A stretch of DNA of 64,000 bases. Source: Salpingoeca rosetta. Lineage: Eukaryota; Protista; Choanoflagellata. The stretch lies in the NCBI GenBank assembly GCA_033442325.1, contig JAWQFM010000001.1, positions 1,389,535 through 1,453,534 on the forward strand. Reading direction: 5' to 3'. Shown here one piece after another: positions 13,387 to 37,669 of this stretch (its first letter is position 1; every line of letters begins with the position of its first letter). The position numbers and the translations under genes are program-made. The notes below the pieces were generated by a model. It made no database searches. It was not told the origin of the DNA and was given only the letters and a program-made list of their open reading frames with translations.

Positions 13387-14907
13387 ATGGCCAGTGTCCT
13401 CACTGCGCCAGAGGCTGAAATGTATGTGGAAGCGCTCAAAGTCATCCCCATCAAGAAGATCGGGCAGCCAGCGTGAGTGCACATGCGTGTGTACGGTCAA
13501 AAGCATGCGCACCTTTCTGTGCAAGACACACACACCACACACACACACACACTCTCTCTCTCTGCCTCCTGCCTATTTGCGTGTGTGCGCACTGTCACTT
13601 GCCGCTTTGCTCACTCTCATCACGTGTCATCTTGTTGACACACAGGTGGCTGCGACAACACGAGATGCTGGAGAAGCTGAACATGCAGGTGCGTCTCTCC
13701 GATGACACTGCACCACACAGCAACTGCCTCTTTGCATGTCTACCTGTCTACATGTCTATGTTTCACTGTGTCTCCCCTTCCCCGCCCTGTGTCATGGGTG
13801 TGCAGGCGCACGTGAATGCCATGTTGAATCAGGACGACTTCATCAAGGAGGCCTTCATCAGTTTTGATAAGGCACACTGTTTGCATGATCTTGCATTGGT
13901 TGCATCTTGTTTGTGCTCCTTCCAACCTCAGCGCAGAGTTTCCCCCCCCCACCAAACCCAGCTGACACACACCACACACCGCCGACGGCAACGGCAACGG
14001 CTTGTTTCCACGTGCTCACCATGACGGCTGCTTGTTTGCGACCGCAGGCGAATGTGCTCATCTACGAGCTTGTGGTGATGGAGGTGTGGCGAGAAAAGGT
14101 GAAGCCGCTGCTGGAGGACATGGGGTATGCCAAATCCAGCACCATGACCCCATACATTGTGGTACGTCGAGTCTGCTTGGTGTCCACGGCACTGGCATCA
14201 GTCTGTCTGCCTGTCTGTCTGTCTGTCTGCTTGTGCACGTACACATGGTCAACGCCACTGTGCTGCGTGTCTCTGCGTTCATGTCATGCCATTGGACGCT
14301 GACCTTTCCACCTACTTGCGTGCAGCAATACCACGAGGCGACGGTGGTGAATCTGCTGGAGGCGCTGACGTACTCCAGGGACTTTGTCGAGGCGGCTGCA
14401 GACAACATTGTCGATGTCATCGATTACTGCAACCGCGCCCTTCAGTACCTCAACTCAAGGTAACCCCGGTGCTGTGCACTTGGCACTGCGTTGATGGTTT
14501 GTTGGATGTGTGTGTGTGCGTGTTTGTGCTTGTGTGTGTATGTGCTTGTGTGTGTATGTGCTTGTGTGTGCTTGTGTGCGTGTTTGTGCTTGTGTGTGTG
14601 TGAGTGTGTGTACGTCTGTCTATGTGTATGTGCCATGTGTGTGTATATGCCATATGTGTGTGTGTCTGTGCCTGCATCTGTGCCCACGTCTGTCTATGCC
14701 CATCTGTGTGCGGTTGTCGTTACTCACGGCTGTCACCTGATGCTCTGCAGGACCGAAGAGGAAATTGAAGAGGAGCGACGACTTGAAAATCTTCCAGCGA
14801 AAGACTTTGCAGACATGTCATCGCCAGAGGTCTGTGCTGTGCACCATCCATGCGTGCGCGCGCGTGTGTGCGTCTGTGTGTGTGTGTGTGTGTGTGCGTG
14901 GCTGTGT

Positions 14908-14938
<31 letters not shown>

Positions 14939-15044
14939 GTATGTGTGTGTGTTTATGTGTGGCTGTGTGTGTGTGTGTGTGTGTGTGTGGCTGTGTGGCT
15001 GTGTGTGGCTGTGTTGTGGGTGTGGACATATGTGCGTGGCTGTG

Positions 15045-15077
<33 letters not shown>

Positions 15078-15236
15078 GCGTGTGTTGTTACTTCTCTCTA
15101 CCCCTTTCCTTCCTTCTATTCTTCCTGCGTGGCTATGTGGTGTTGGCAGCGACACAGCTGTGATTGCTTTCTCTGCACTCTCGCGCGTTGCACTTGCAAC
15201 CGCCAGCGCCGCACTCACCTCCTTGCCAACCCGAAC

Positions 15237-15288
<52 letters not shown>

Positions 15289-16359
15289 CCTCGTCCCTGA
15301 TTCCATGTGTCTGCGCTGACAGCAACTGCGATACCAGACGCGCGATCTTCGCTTCCAGATTGCTGTCCGTGCCGTCTCCATCCTCCGCTACATCACAGAC
15401 CACATCACATGGTCCGTTGCCGGCGCGTGGCGGCCGCTGTTTCGTGCTGGTGGCTGCTGGGTTGGCTGGCTGTGTCCTCAATGTGGAATCGGGCGTGCTC
15501 ACCGGCATGATAATGAATCTGCCAACAGCGCCATGATGACTGTGCCATCGCTCACGTGTGATTGTCCTGACATGTGTGCGTGTGTGTGCTGGCTGTTTCT
15601 GCCGTGTCCCCGTGTCGATTGCGCGTCATCACAGCTTGCCACTGAGTGCAACCACCCGCATCCTCAACACACACGGTGAGAAAATGACTCACTCCATGCT
15701 GCGTTGTGGTCACGTGTGCGCGCGCGTGTATGTCCGTGTTTATGGACTTGCGTTCGTGAACTCGTCTGCTCAATCTGCGTCTGTGCGCTACTTTATTTGG
15801 TCTTGTTGTCCTCGCACCTACACGTTGCTCGTGCGCGCCTGTGTGCTTCTGCTCACCCCAACTGTCCCCACCCTCCCCCCTCCTCACTTCGTTCTTGTGG
15901 TAGACATGCCGTGTGCGCTGGTTGAGCTGGCGGTGCATCCGCCCTGGGTTCGAGAGGTTGACGGTGGGTTCACGATGAGCATGGTGGAGTGACGACGCGT
16001 GAAGACAAGAGGGAGGAGTGAACACACAGCACGAGCGCCTCTGATTGTGGTTACAAGTTCGAAGGGGAGGAGGTTGTCTGGGCGCATTAAGCTTTAACTT
16101 CTTTCTGTATACCTGTGCATGCGCGCGGATGCATGGGACGGTATGTTGAAGCTTGTTCACGCTGTTCTCTTCGCTCCACTGCCCAGGCCGTGTCGAGAAG
16201 CTGCAGGAAAACCAGAAGTGGGAGCCCATTGCTCCCAGCGAACGCTTGCAACTCAGCAAATATGAGGCCCAGGTGGATTGAACTTTGTGTGTGTGTGTGT
16301 GTGTCTGTGTCTGTGTGTCTGTGTCTGTGTGTCTGTCGGTCTGTCTGGCAAATGTACAG

Positions 16360-16398
<39 letters not shown>

Positions 16399-17004
16399 GT
16401 GGTGGTGGTGGTGGTGGTGATGGTGTGTCTTGCATTGACTTCCCTGGCTCATCTTCTCTCATTCTTGGTGTTCTTCTGTGCATCATCTGCGACTGAAAGG
16501 TCTGGTTGGCACTGTACAATTTGTTGATGGAACCTGAATGCCGACGCAAGTATCAGTTCAACACATACAACAAGAACCAGATCTTGCGGCTGCGTGCATT
16601 TCTCAACGGTGAGCCTGTCTGTGTGTGTGTGTGTGTGTGTGTCTGTCTGTCTGTGTGTGTCTGTCTGTCTGTCTGTCTGTCTGTCTGAGTGTGTATCTGT
16701 GACTGTGTGTCTGTGTGTGCACTGCTGCTCGTGTCGTTTTCGGTGTGCATCTCCTCTCCTCCCCTCCGTGCCACATCATCATCGTCACCACCACCGCCAA
16801 CTCCGCCACCATCACCGTCTTCAACTCTCCCTTGCACGGTGCAGATGTGATCCTGGACCAGATTCCGCCGCTGACCGAATTGCGCCGCTCACTGGAAGAG
16901 CTTTCCATCATGCAGCCGCCCGCCGCAGAGGCAAATGTCGTCATCGAACAGGTCACCCATTGCCACCGCCGTGTCCATCTGCCTTTACTGTTGCTTTGTT
17001 TGTT

Positions 17005-17093
<89 letters not shown>

Positions 17094-17899
17094 GTGCGTG
17101 TGTGTGTGTGTCCGTGTGTCCGTGTGTGTGTTCGTGTGTGTTTGGGTTCCTTTGCCGAAGTGGACGTTTCTCTGTTGCGCTACCCCTTTTTGTTCTGTTA
17201 CTCCGTTCCTGTGTTGCCCCGTGCCCCCATGACAGCGCTCCTTGTAGTTCACACATGCACACGCGCGCGCGTTGCTCATTCTCTCTCCCTTTGCTTCCTC
17301 TACGTTGCACCACCCCGCCTTGCGAACCAATGCACTGTCTTGCCTGCTTGCCTGCAACAGATGCCTGAGCTTCGCGAGCATGTGTTGGGCACGGGCAAGG
17401 GCGGCTGGCGACCGGTTGCTGAACATCAGATGAAGAAGGTTTTCAATGACAACGAGGACACTATGCGGAGACAAGCGCAAGCGTGCGTTTCATGGCTGTC
17501 TGTGTGTGTCTGTGTGTGTCTGTGTCTCTGTCTGTACCTGTGTGTCTCTGTGTGTGTGTGTGTGTTTGTTCGTGGCATATGCACGTAGTCGTCTGTTTGA
17601 TCTTTCACGTGTTGCTCTGCTTGTGTTTGTTGTGTGCCGCGACTGCCTTCCATCCTGGTCACTTTGTGTGGATTTCATTTCTCCACTGGCGGTCACGTCA
17701 CGTTGTCGCTGTTGCCTGTGTTTTCTTTGCTGGCGTGTAGGTTGGCAGCCACGTACAATGTTGACACACTGGATGCGCTCTTCCCTGAGGCGCCCAAGTG
17801 CGCTGTGTGTGGTGAGCCCGCCACGAAGCGTTGCTCAAAGTGCAAGAACGAGTGGTACTGCCGCAGGTCAGTGGCCCCTTGCGTCGTATGTCTGTCTGT

Positions 17900-17972
<73 letters not shown>

Positions 17973-18150
17973 TGTGTGTGTGTGTGTACATATGTTCACA
18001 TGCTTACGTTCTGGTGTTCTGATGTTCTCCGCTGGTTTGCTCCCCCCTCCCCCGCCTCCTCCAAACAGGCAATGTCAGGTGGAGCACTGGCCCAAGCACA
18101 AGAAGCTGTGTGCAACCATTGCCAGCGGTGCCAAGACACCCGCTTCATAA
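13387..18150 (+). CDS. ZMYND10: ZMYND10/BLU, MYND zinc-finger axonemal dynein assembly factor, multi-exon
   Basis: Peptides MASVLTAPEAEMYVEALK, WLRQHEMLEKLNMQ, LIYELVVMEVWREKV, YHEATVVNLLE, IVDVIDYCNR, LPLSATTRILNTHDMPCALVEL, VWLALYNLL and LDQIPPLTELRRSL; MYND finger [37 protein letters not shown]. Confidence 0.95.
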
Positions 18151-18904
18151 TGCGTCTGTGTCAATGTCTGTGTGTGTGTGTGTGTGTTTCTGGGCATAAA
18201 ACCACGAAAGCAACTTTGTCTCCTCTTCCTCTTCCTCCTGTTTGCTGTGAGCAGATGTGCGCCACTGCCAGCACACACACGCACGCACACACACACACAA
18301 AAACAAACACACACACGCACAACCAACTCCACTTGAATTTGTGGCGGCACACGTTGAGAAGAGTGCATTTCAGATGCAAGCAAGATGTGCCCCCGACGAC
18401 CTTCAAGTCGTGCTTGCAGGCACAGTTGCGTTTTCTTCGTTCAACGGCAGATTTCTCGTGTGCCGTGTGTTGTTGCTTCATCTTCTTCGTGCCTGTTTTG
18501 GTTTGTGATGTCCAGTGCGCACTGTTGTTTGTTCGTTTGTTTGTTTGTTTGTGGTGGTCTCTTTGTGATGCGTGCTCTCCTTCGTCTGCTGCACGACAGC
18601 AACGTGCGTGAGCCTTACTGGTTGGCGAGATGGTATTGCCAACCACCACCACCACAGCAACAAAGGGAAACAAAGTGGTGGCAGGCCCGTTGCTGCAGCC
18701 CCACAGCAACGGTGTTTTCGAGAGTGATGCTGGTGCTCAGCTGGTGATGGTGCATTTCCCCCACCGACATCGACCTCAGCACCCCCCCCCCCTCGCCACC
18801 AATCAAGCACCAGCCCCTCGCGCACGATCCTTGGTACATATTATCCCTACCCTGCTTTGCCCCAAGCCAACCCCGCCCCCTCCCTACGGAAGGCGACAGC
18901 CCGG

Positions 18905-19774
18905 ATGATGGCTAGTGAGACAAAGGAAGACGTGCTGCACGAGGACGTGGCAAGGGCGCGCAGCTACTACGACAGCGATGACGCAGAGGCGTTTTACTCG
19001 ACTGTGTGGGGAGGCGAGAACATCCACATCGGCCTGTACCAGGACGAGGCAGAGAGCATTGCAGACGCGAGCCACCGCTCTGTGGAGACCCTTGCCAAGA
19101 AGCTGGCGCCCTTGCACAAAGCAAGCCATGTCCTGGACATGGGGTCTGGCTACGGCGGCACAGCGCGATACCTGGCCCGCACGTTCGGCTGCCGCGTCAC
19201 CGGGCTCAACCTGAGCGAGGTGGAGAACCAGCGCGCGCGCAGCCTCAACGAGAAGCACGGCCTGCACGACAGGGTGCAGATTGTGCAGGGCATGTTCGAG
19301 GCCGTGGAGCTCCCAGATGCGCATTTCGATGCCGTGTGCTCACAGGACTCGTTCCTGCACAGCAGCGACCGCGCACAGGTGGTGGCGGAGGCGGCGCGCC
19401 TGCTCAAGCCTGGCGGCGTGTTCGTGTTCACGGACATCATGCAGGCGGACGACTGCGACCCAAAACGCCTGCAGCCCATCTTCGAGCGCATCGACCTCTC
19501 CTCCCTCGGCTCGCCCGAGTTCTACCGCAACGCCGCAGAGCTGCACGGCCTGGAGGAAGTGGCGTTTGAGGACAACACGCACCACCTCATCACGCACTAC
19601 TCGCGCGTCCTCAGCGAGACGGTCGCCAAGGAGGACGTGCTCCGTCAACGCATCAGCAACGCCTACCTCGACCGCATGAAGCGCGGCCTGGACCTCTGGG
19701 TCAACGCGGGTCGTGATCGCCAGCTCGTCTGGCCGCTCTTCACCTTCCGCAAGCCAGCAGAACAGGCCAACTGA
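18905..19774 (+). CDS. SAM-dependent sarcosine/dimethylglycine N-methyltransferase-like protein (glycine betaine synthesis), intronless
   Basis: ARSYYDSDDAEAFYSTVWGGENIHIGLY, SAM motif VLDMGSGYGGTARYLA, SQDSFLHS, LKPGGVFVFTDIMQAD, PIFERIDLSSLGSPEFY and YLDRMKRGLDLWV match the bacterial SDMT pattern. Confidence 0.88.
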   Translation: MMASETKEDVLHEDVARARSYYDSDDAEAFYSTVWGGENIHIGLYQDEAESIADASHRSVETLAKKLAPLHKASHVLDMGSGYGGTARYLARTFGCRVTGLNLSEVENQRARSLNEKHGLHDRVQIVQGMFEAVELPDAHFDAVCSQDSFLHSSDRAQVVAEAARLLKPGGVFVFTDIMQADDCDPKRLQPIFERIDLSSLGSPEFYRNAAELHGLEEVAFEDNTHHLITHYSRVLSETVAKEDVLRQRISNAYLDRMKRGLDLWVNAGRDRQLVWPLFTFRKPAEQAN

Positions 19775-20452
19775 CACGGCTTCGGCTGCGAACAACCACA
19801 CTAGCACTGGCGGGCATGTCATGTCATGTTACACCCATGCTTGCTCGAACTTGTGTTCCTTTGGCAGGGTGGTGCGTTCCACAACGCATGGCACCTTTCT
19901 GTGTTCCTCTCTGTGTCACTGCATGTCCTTCTGTCTGTCTGTCGTGGCGTCTCGCTGTCAGTATTCATGGTTCCTGCGTATGACCTATTGACCGGACTTG
20001 GGGGACGGGAGGGTTGGTGATGATAGTGGTGGTGGTGGTGGGGATGATAGTGGTGGTGGTGGTGGTGGTGAGGATGTGCCATTGTGTGTTCCTACGCCCT
20101 CTTTCTCTTCCGTGATGCCCTCGTGGTCAACGGGAAAGTGTTTGCTTGGCTGCTCGATGTGACACTTGTGTGTACGCTGTGCTGCGACTGACTGACAGGA
20201 CTTGTTTGCCACCAACCGCACCAATAACAGAATCAGAAATAACCAAGCCACCCCAAGTCCCAATCGCAAGCAAACGCCACAAGTCAGCAAGCAAGCAAGC
20301 TGCCAAGAGCACACAAGCCCTTCGCCCACGAGCAGAAGAGTATCATCAGTTATCAACAACAGGCGATTATGGTACGGTTGCTTACACAAAACAAAAACGA
20401 CAACACACAAACAAAGGGAGGAGGAACCCGGGGCGGGGGGGGGGTCATACAC

Positions 20453-22875
<2,423 letters not shown>

Positions 22876-22904
22876 CCCGACAGCACTGTCACACTGCGCG
22901 CTTC

Positions 22905-22913
22905 AAAAAAAAA
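22905..22913 (-). terminator. Pol III oligo-T terminator (T9) for the tRNA-Leu gene
   Basis: A9 on the plus strand, 7 nt beyond the tRNA 3' end. Confidence 0.7.
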
Positions 22914-22920
22914 GGGAAGT

Positions 22921-23003
22921 TGATCAGGACGAGATTCGAACTCGCGCCTCCGAAGAGATACGGACCTGAACCGTACGCCTTAGACCAACTCGGCCACCTG
23001 ATC
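22921..23003 (-). tRNA. tRNA-Leu(CAG), copy 1
   Basis: GATCAGG/CCTGATC acceptor stem, A-box TGGCCGAGTTGG, anticodon arm TACGG-TTCAGGT-CCGTA, long variable arm with TTCG loop, GTTCGAATC T-loop; 83 nt. Confidence 0.97.
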
Positions 23004-23106
23004 GCTTGGAAAAGGGCGCAAAATTAACTAATACAAACATTATCCAGACGCGGAATCCGCGAAAAAAACACGAGGCTGGGTCCCAGCAAAGCAAAAGGGA
23101 AAGGGA

Positions 23107-23189
23107 TGATCAGGACGAGATTCGAACTCGCGCCTCCGAAGAGATACGGACCTGAACCGTACGCCTTAGACCAACTCGGCCACCTGATC
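23107..23189 (-). tRNA. tRNA-Leu(CAG), copy 2 (identical)
   Basis: Same 83-nt sequence as copy 1; flanking sequences differ. Confidence 0.97.
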
Positions 23190-23643
23190 GACGTGTCGGT
23201 AGATAGAATCCGTGTCACATCAACAACCATATCGCCTGAACACCACCCACAGCGCATGCAGAACGCCCAACTACACACTCACCAACACAGCGTGATCGCA
23301 TCTTCATCGCAGCAGAGTGTATTATGCCTGAGGCTCAACAGTCGAGGCTCAATCAAGCAGTCATCACCAAAACAACAACAAAAGGCGGAAACAAATGTGA
23401 CTCATACCAGGAGTGGATCTGCAAGACAACACAAAGAGAAACGAGAGAGTTCGGCGCAACAACAACAATCACGACAATGACGACAGAGCGCAACCACAAC
23501 ACAATCAGTGCATGCACGGAGGGATCGAGAGAATGGAACCCTCCAGCACCCGAACAGAAAGAATAGCACTGAAAACGACACGCACAGAAGCGGCACTTGA
23601 CGCCTTCGGCGGCAACAACGATGAGCAGCTCAACCACCAACGA

Positions 23644-23707
<64 letters not shown>

Positions 23708-23737
23708 CACACACACAAACTTCAAACGGCTCGCAGA

Positions 23738-29265
<5,528 letters not shown>

Positions 29266-29409
29266 GGTTGCCGCTTTCAGCAAGCGTCGGAATAGCAAGC
29301 GGGTCGTCGCCGCGTGAGTTTGCTTGTGCGTCTCGTCCGCGCGCTGCTGCTGCTCTGTGTGTGTGTGCGTGTGTGTGCGTGTGTGTGTGTGTGTGCGTGT
29401 GTGTGTGTG

Positions 29410-29508
<99 letters not shown>

Positions 29509-29714
29509 TGCGTGCGAGGTGGTGCGTGCGCGAGGGGCGGTGGGTGAGAGTGTGTTCGCTGTGAAACGGCAAATGTTGAGGGCCATGGGTTGGCGAGCAA
29601 GCGAAGCAACTCCACATCACCGTGTCACACAACACACACACACACACACACATCCCACGAACAACAAGCTGGCTCGATGGGCGGCAACCAATCGCGCTCG
29701 TGGATGGGAACGTG

Positions 29715-29761
<47 letters not shown>

Positions 29762-31394
29762 TCACACACAAACACAGATCACACACACACACACACAGAT
29801 CACACGCGACAAATGAAGCTGCATGATGGCGTCATCATCATCGTCAATCATCAACATCGCAACGAGCAAGACGTGCATGCTCATGACGATGGTGCATTGT
29901 ATCCCATCGATCATGTGTTGTTGGCACGGCGCACACATCGGAATCTTCAAGGCACGGAAACGGGAGCCGCGGAAACACACCACACAGACAAATTGCATGC
30001 CCAGACACACACGACCATGGGTGGTACACTCACGGAGTTCCCTTTCTTGTTTGTGGATCCTTTGTGTCAAGCCTTGCTCGATCCACACTGGCTGGTCGTG
30101 AAGAGATGTTCACAACAACTCGGCTTCATGGGAAATGCACCACGAACACACAAGCCACTCGTAGGCCAAACCCCAGAACCAACAAACCAAAATGGCTCGC
30201 CTGCGTTCTTGTCTGTTTCGCTTGTTTCGCGAACAGGCACTGGCAGCCCTCCCGCTTTCATCGCTTCTTACGCTGTGATTGCTGGTTTGTTGTTGTCCCC
30301 CCTCCTGCGAGGCTGCTGTCCTTCCATCCCTCTCAAGTTGTCACTCATGGAGTTCCCATGAGTTCTGTTTCCCCACGAAATTGTGGCAAATCCACATTTG
30401 CCACACCCCAATTTACCAGCATTGCGTTTCTTCACCAATAACACCAACAAATATTCGGCATTCCTCATCGCCCACACACCCCCAAAGCAAACAAACAAAA
30501 AAACTGACAGCCAACCAAGCAAGCAGCGAAGGGAAACCGCAACGCAGAGCGCACAATCACACACAACTTCTTCCCTTCTTCCTTGCTCAGTTGCTTGCTT
30601 CTTGTGGTTGCTCCCGCTCCCCCACCTCGACAACTTCTTCCCAGACGCACGCCCACGCACTCGCGCACGTCGCCGCCTGCACGGGGCGGACATTGCTTTG
30701 CTTCTTCGACAACCACGAGGGAACCAGCATCACCAACCCCCACCCTCCTCGTTTTGCACGTTGCAGCTAACAGAAGGACGCCCAGACACACACGTCGACA
30801 ACTACAGCAACGTCAACAAACACACACACACACACAACAAACACCCGCACACACATAATACACGCACACAACAACACACATACACACACAGGACCGCCCG
30901 TCTCTGTGGTCGCAAGCAACTCAAGCTTGATTGGGGTGTCTTCACCGGGCTCTTCATCCCCGTTTCCACCAAGGTACGCGTCAACACCTGCCGTTGTCCC
31001 TGTCGACACAGAGAGCCACGCGGTGTTGACACAGACAGACATGGTCGTGCTCTGTCAACCAGCTGCTGATGACTTGCGCACACCCATGGTGGTTACGTTG
31101 CTGGGTGGGAGGGGGATGGGCGACAGACACGTTGCTGTTCATAGAGATAGAGAGAGAGTGTGTGTGTGTGTGTGTGTCAATGTGAGTGAGAGGATGTTCC
31201 CCTCAAAGTTTGTGGCCATGGTGTATCATGTGCCCCATTCCCTGGCGCTATTGCCCAACACCCCACACAAGCACACGCGTTTCTGTACAAACACACCTGT
31301 GAACCTCACGTGCACACACACACACACACATACACGCGCACGCACAAACACACTCACAAACGCACGCACATCCGTGCAGAGCGCAACCTCAGCC

Positions 31395-31865
31395 ATGTCT
31401 GGCCGACAAGCAGCCACGCGAAAGCTGCTGCAGGAGATGAGGCAGCTGCAGAAGGAGCCCATTGATGGTGCCATCATCGACGTCGATGAAGACAACATCT
31501 TCAGCTGGAAAATCGCCCTCTTTGGCCCTCCCGACACACCATATGCTGGTGGCTACTTCAAGGTGCTGCCCCCTACCCTCATGTGTGCGTGTTGCGCACG
31601 TGTGTGTGTGTGCGTCATGTGCGCGTGCTTTTGCGTGCACGTGTGCTCGTGTGTCTCATGGAAGCTGTTGCCCATGCGTCGTTTGTTCATCCCCACAACC
31701 CGTTCACACGCGCGTGCCTATTTTTGTTTGCCACGGCACAGGCTCGTCTCGACTTTCCCGACACATACCCATTCAACCCTCCCAACATGCGCTTCACAAG
31801 CCGTATCTGGCACCCAAACGTCTTCCCCGTGAGTCCTGCACTTGTGATGCGTGCATGTCGTGTTC

Positions 31866-31925
<60 letters not shown>

Positions 31926-32336
31926 ATGTGTGTGTGTGTCGTGCTGTTGCATATTATTCTCTGTTGCTCTCTCCGCCTCCAACACGCGGTTTGCTGCATC
32001 ACTTTCGCCGTGCTCACGCCACACCGGTATCAACGGCTGCCGGTTCATGGCCGTTTCCAGAACGGCAACATCTGCATCTCCATCCTGCACTCCCCTGGCA
32101 CGGACCACCTCAGCGGCGAGAGGCCCGAGGAGCGCTGGAACCCAACCCAAACCGTCAGGTGCACACACCCGCTCTGCACGTGTTTTTTGTGTGTGTATGT
32201 GTGTATATGTGCGTGTCTGTTTGTCTGTGTCTCTGCGTTGCGTTTTGTCTGCCCGTTCTGTTTGTGTATCTCGGGTTGTGTGTGTATGTGTGTGTGTGTG
32301 TGGATGTGAGTGAGAGTGTGTGTGTGTGTATGTGGA

Positions 32337-32381
<45 letters not shown>

Positions 32382-33537
32382 ATGTGAGTGCATGCGCTTG
32401 AGTGATACACGTGAACATTTCCGTTGTTTCCATTTTGTGTCCCCCCCCCCAACCTCACATCTCACCACAACAATGTCACTCCCCCCCCCCCAACCAACAC
32501 ATACACGCTTTGCATGACAGGACGATTCTGTTGTCTGTGATTTCGATACTGAATGAGCCCAACACATCGTCGCCTGCAAACGTGGATGCGAACGTGTCGT
32601 TCCTCAAGTACAAGCGCGGCGAAAGCGACGACTACCTGCAGCGTGTCAAACACGACGTGCAGGCGTCACAGCGGCTGGCAAAGGAGGATGGTGTCACCAT
32701 CCCCTCCTCCATCGATGACTACGTCATCAAGCACAAGCCTGTCGAGGAGTGAGTGCTTGCAAGCAACAGACACGTGTGCAAGTGCGGAGTGGGACATGTG
32801 GAGGAGCGGTGAAAGTATACATGTGGTGACAGTACACTTTTGGTGAAGGTGCACTCGTGTGTCATGGCTTGGCATGAGTGCTTTGTCCAGAAACGTGTGT
32901 GCGTGTGCTTGCATTATGTGCCTGTGCGTGCCCGTGCCTTGGTCATGTGTGCGTGCGTGCGTGCGTGCATGTATCTGCACGTGTGACGCCATCTAATATC
33001 CCCCAACTGTGTTGCGTGCCTTTGTACCCCGCATCACCAGGCCCGTTCTGACTGCCGACGACCTGATGGACTCAGACGTGCGTATGCGTATCCCTGTCGT
33101 TTACCTATGTTGCTTGTGGATTCGCATGCGTGACGGTCTTGTTTCAAAGTTGTTGCCCACATGCATACATGCATGCATGTACAGCAAGCAACCACGTTCG
33201 TGCATCCTCACACACACACACACATACATACACACATGCACACATACACTCACTCACTCACATCACTCACTCACTCACTCACATCACACACACTCACATC
33301 ACACTCATATCACACACACACACACTCACATCACACACACAACACATCACGCGCGTGCGTGCTGGTGTGCAGGTTGCCGACAGCGATGAGGACTACGATT
33401 ACGACCACGACAGCGAGGGAGACGACGAAGACGCAAACGATGAACACATGGGGGAAGGACATGACGTTGCTGATGGCTGTGGTGATGGCGAAGTGGATGA
33501 TGGCGGTAGGGAGGAGCCAGAGCAGGAGGACAACTGA
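31395..33537 (+). CDS. CDC34: Ubiquitin-conjugating enzyme E2, CDC34/UBE2R type, multi-exon
   Basis: FGPPDTPYAGGYFK, WHPNVFP, catalytic GNICISILH, insertion loop DHLSGERPEERWNPTQTVR, TILLSVISILNEPNTSSPANVDA and an acidic C-terminal tail. Confidence 0.95.
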
Positions 33538-34169
33538 TGGCATGCGGTGCAACCCAACAACATCTTTGTCCCGCAGCACCCAAGTCATGTGATTGTATCT
33601 CTGTGCTTGTGTTGGGCGTGTCACCTGTGCCTCCTCCTCCTCTTCTGTGAACCTGTATTCCTCTCCCCTCTTTTCCGCTTCTTTCTCCTCCCCCCTTTCC
33701 CTGTCTCGTGCTTGTCGCTGTCACTCTTTGCTCGCAGTCAACGCTTGCACTTCCTGTTTCTCTTTCTCCTTCTCTTCCTCTTTCCTTCCCCCCTTCTCCC
33801 CCTGTTTCCGTCTCTTTCTTCCTTTTCCATGTCTCCCTTCATGTGTGTTTGAGAGCTCGTGCTTGTCTGCCTCCCTGCCTGCCTGCATGGTTGTCCCCGT
33901 CTGTTTGTTTGCAGTCCACGTATTTCGCCCTGATTAAACGGCTGTGAATGCTTGCTCCATGCATGCATGTAAACACCAAGAGGAATATGTGTGTGATTGT
34001 GTGTGTGTGTGTTTGGTTAAGAGCGACGCTTGGCATTATTCTACATATGTCGTTTATGAGGCTGAGCGTGCAATAAAGCAAACGCACGCGCGCGCACACA
34101 CACACACACACTTGCGCGCGCACAATTACACATGCGCGCATGAAAAACTGTCGCCTGTGGTGTGTGGTC

Positions 34170-36959
<2,790 letters not shown>

Positions 36960-37669
36960 CCCCCTTTGACAACAACAGCAGCAACAACGAAGCACACAGT
37001 CAACTGCGGTCGTCCCCGTGCTTTGCTTGTAGTTGCCTGCTTGTTTGCTCGCTTGTTGTTTGCTTGCTTCTCTTGCTTGCTTGCTTGGAATTTTGCCGGA
37101 CACGACCTGCCTGCCATTTCAAGCGCTTTCTCCGCTGTTGTGCAACCACCCCGGATACGCGCACACCCAGCCACAGCAGCCAAGAGAACAGCAGCAGCCA
37201 CCATGCGCTGAGCCGCGCCTCGTCAACACACACACACACCACACCACACAAGTACAGCACACACATACGCAGCACACACACGTACACCACGCACGTTCAA
37301 CTCCTCACTTTCCGTTCATCACGTGAGTGGTGGTGTTGCTGCTTCGTCACAGTCACGCGATCGCCTCCGCGTCCAACCTCTTCCAGTCCGAAGTTGCACC
37401 TTGTTGCCACCAACCACCGTGCCTCCTTCTTCCTCCTTGTTGCTTGCTCAAGGTTTTCTTCAATCAGCACCAGGCACCGCCGGCAGGCCGGTGTTTCTCG
37501 CTTCTAGCTTCCTTCAGTTTGTGATATCGGCAAGATAGCCAACCACACAGCAGCAGTGGTCACACAGCGCCAGGAGTCGCAGTATCCTCGCACACCACTG
37601 CCACGCCATTTTCCACCTGATTCCCTTGCCCACACTGGCAACAACCAACAAGTGCAACCCAGACCAGGC

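Noticed and set aside
22921-23189. 83-bp direct repeat resembling a CRISPR array or LTR pair
   Set aside because: Each copy folds as a complete tRNA-Leu; there are only two units and no cas or transposon genes.
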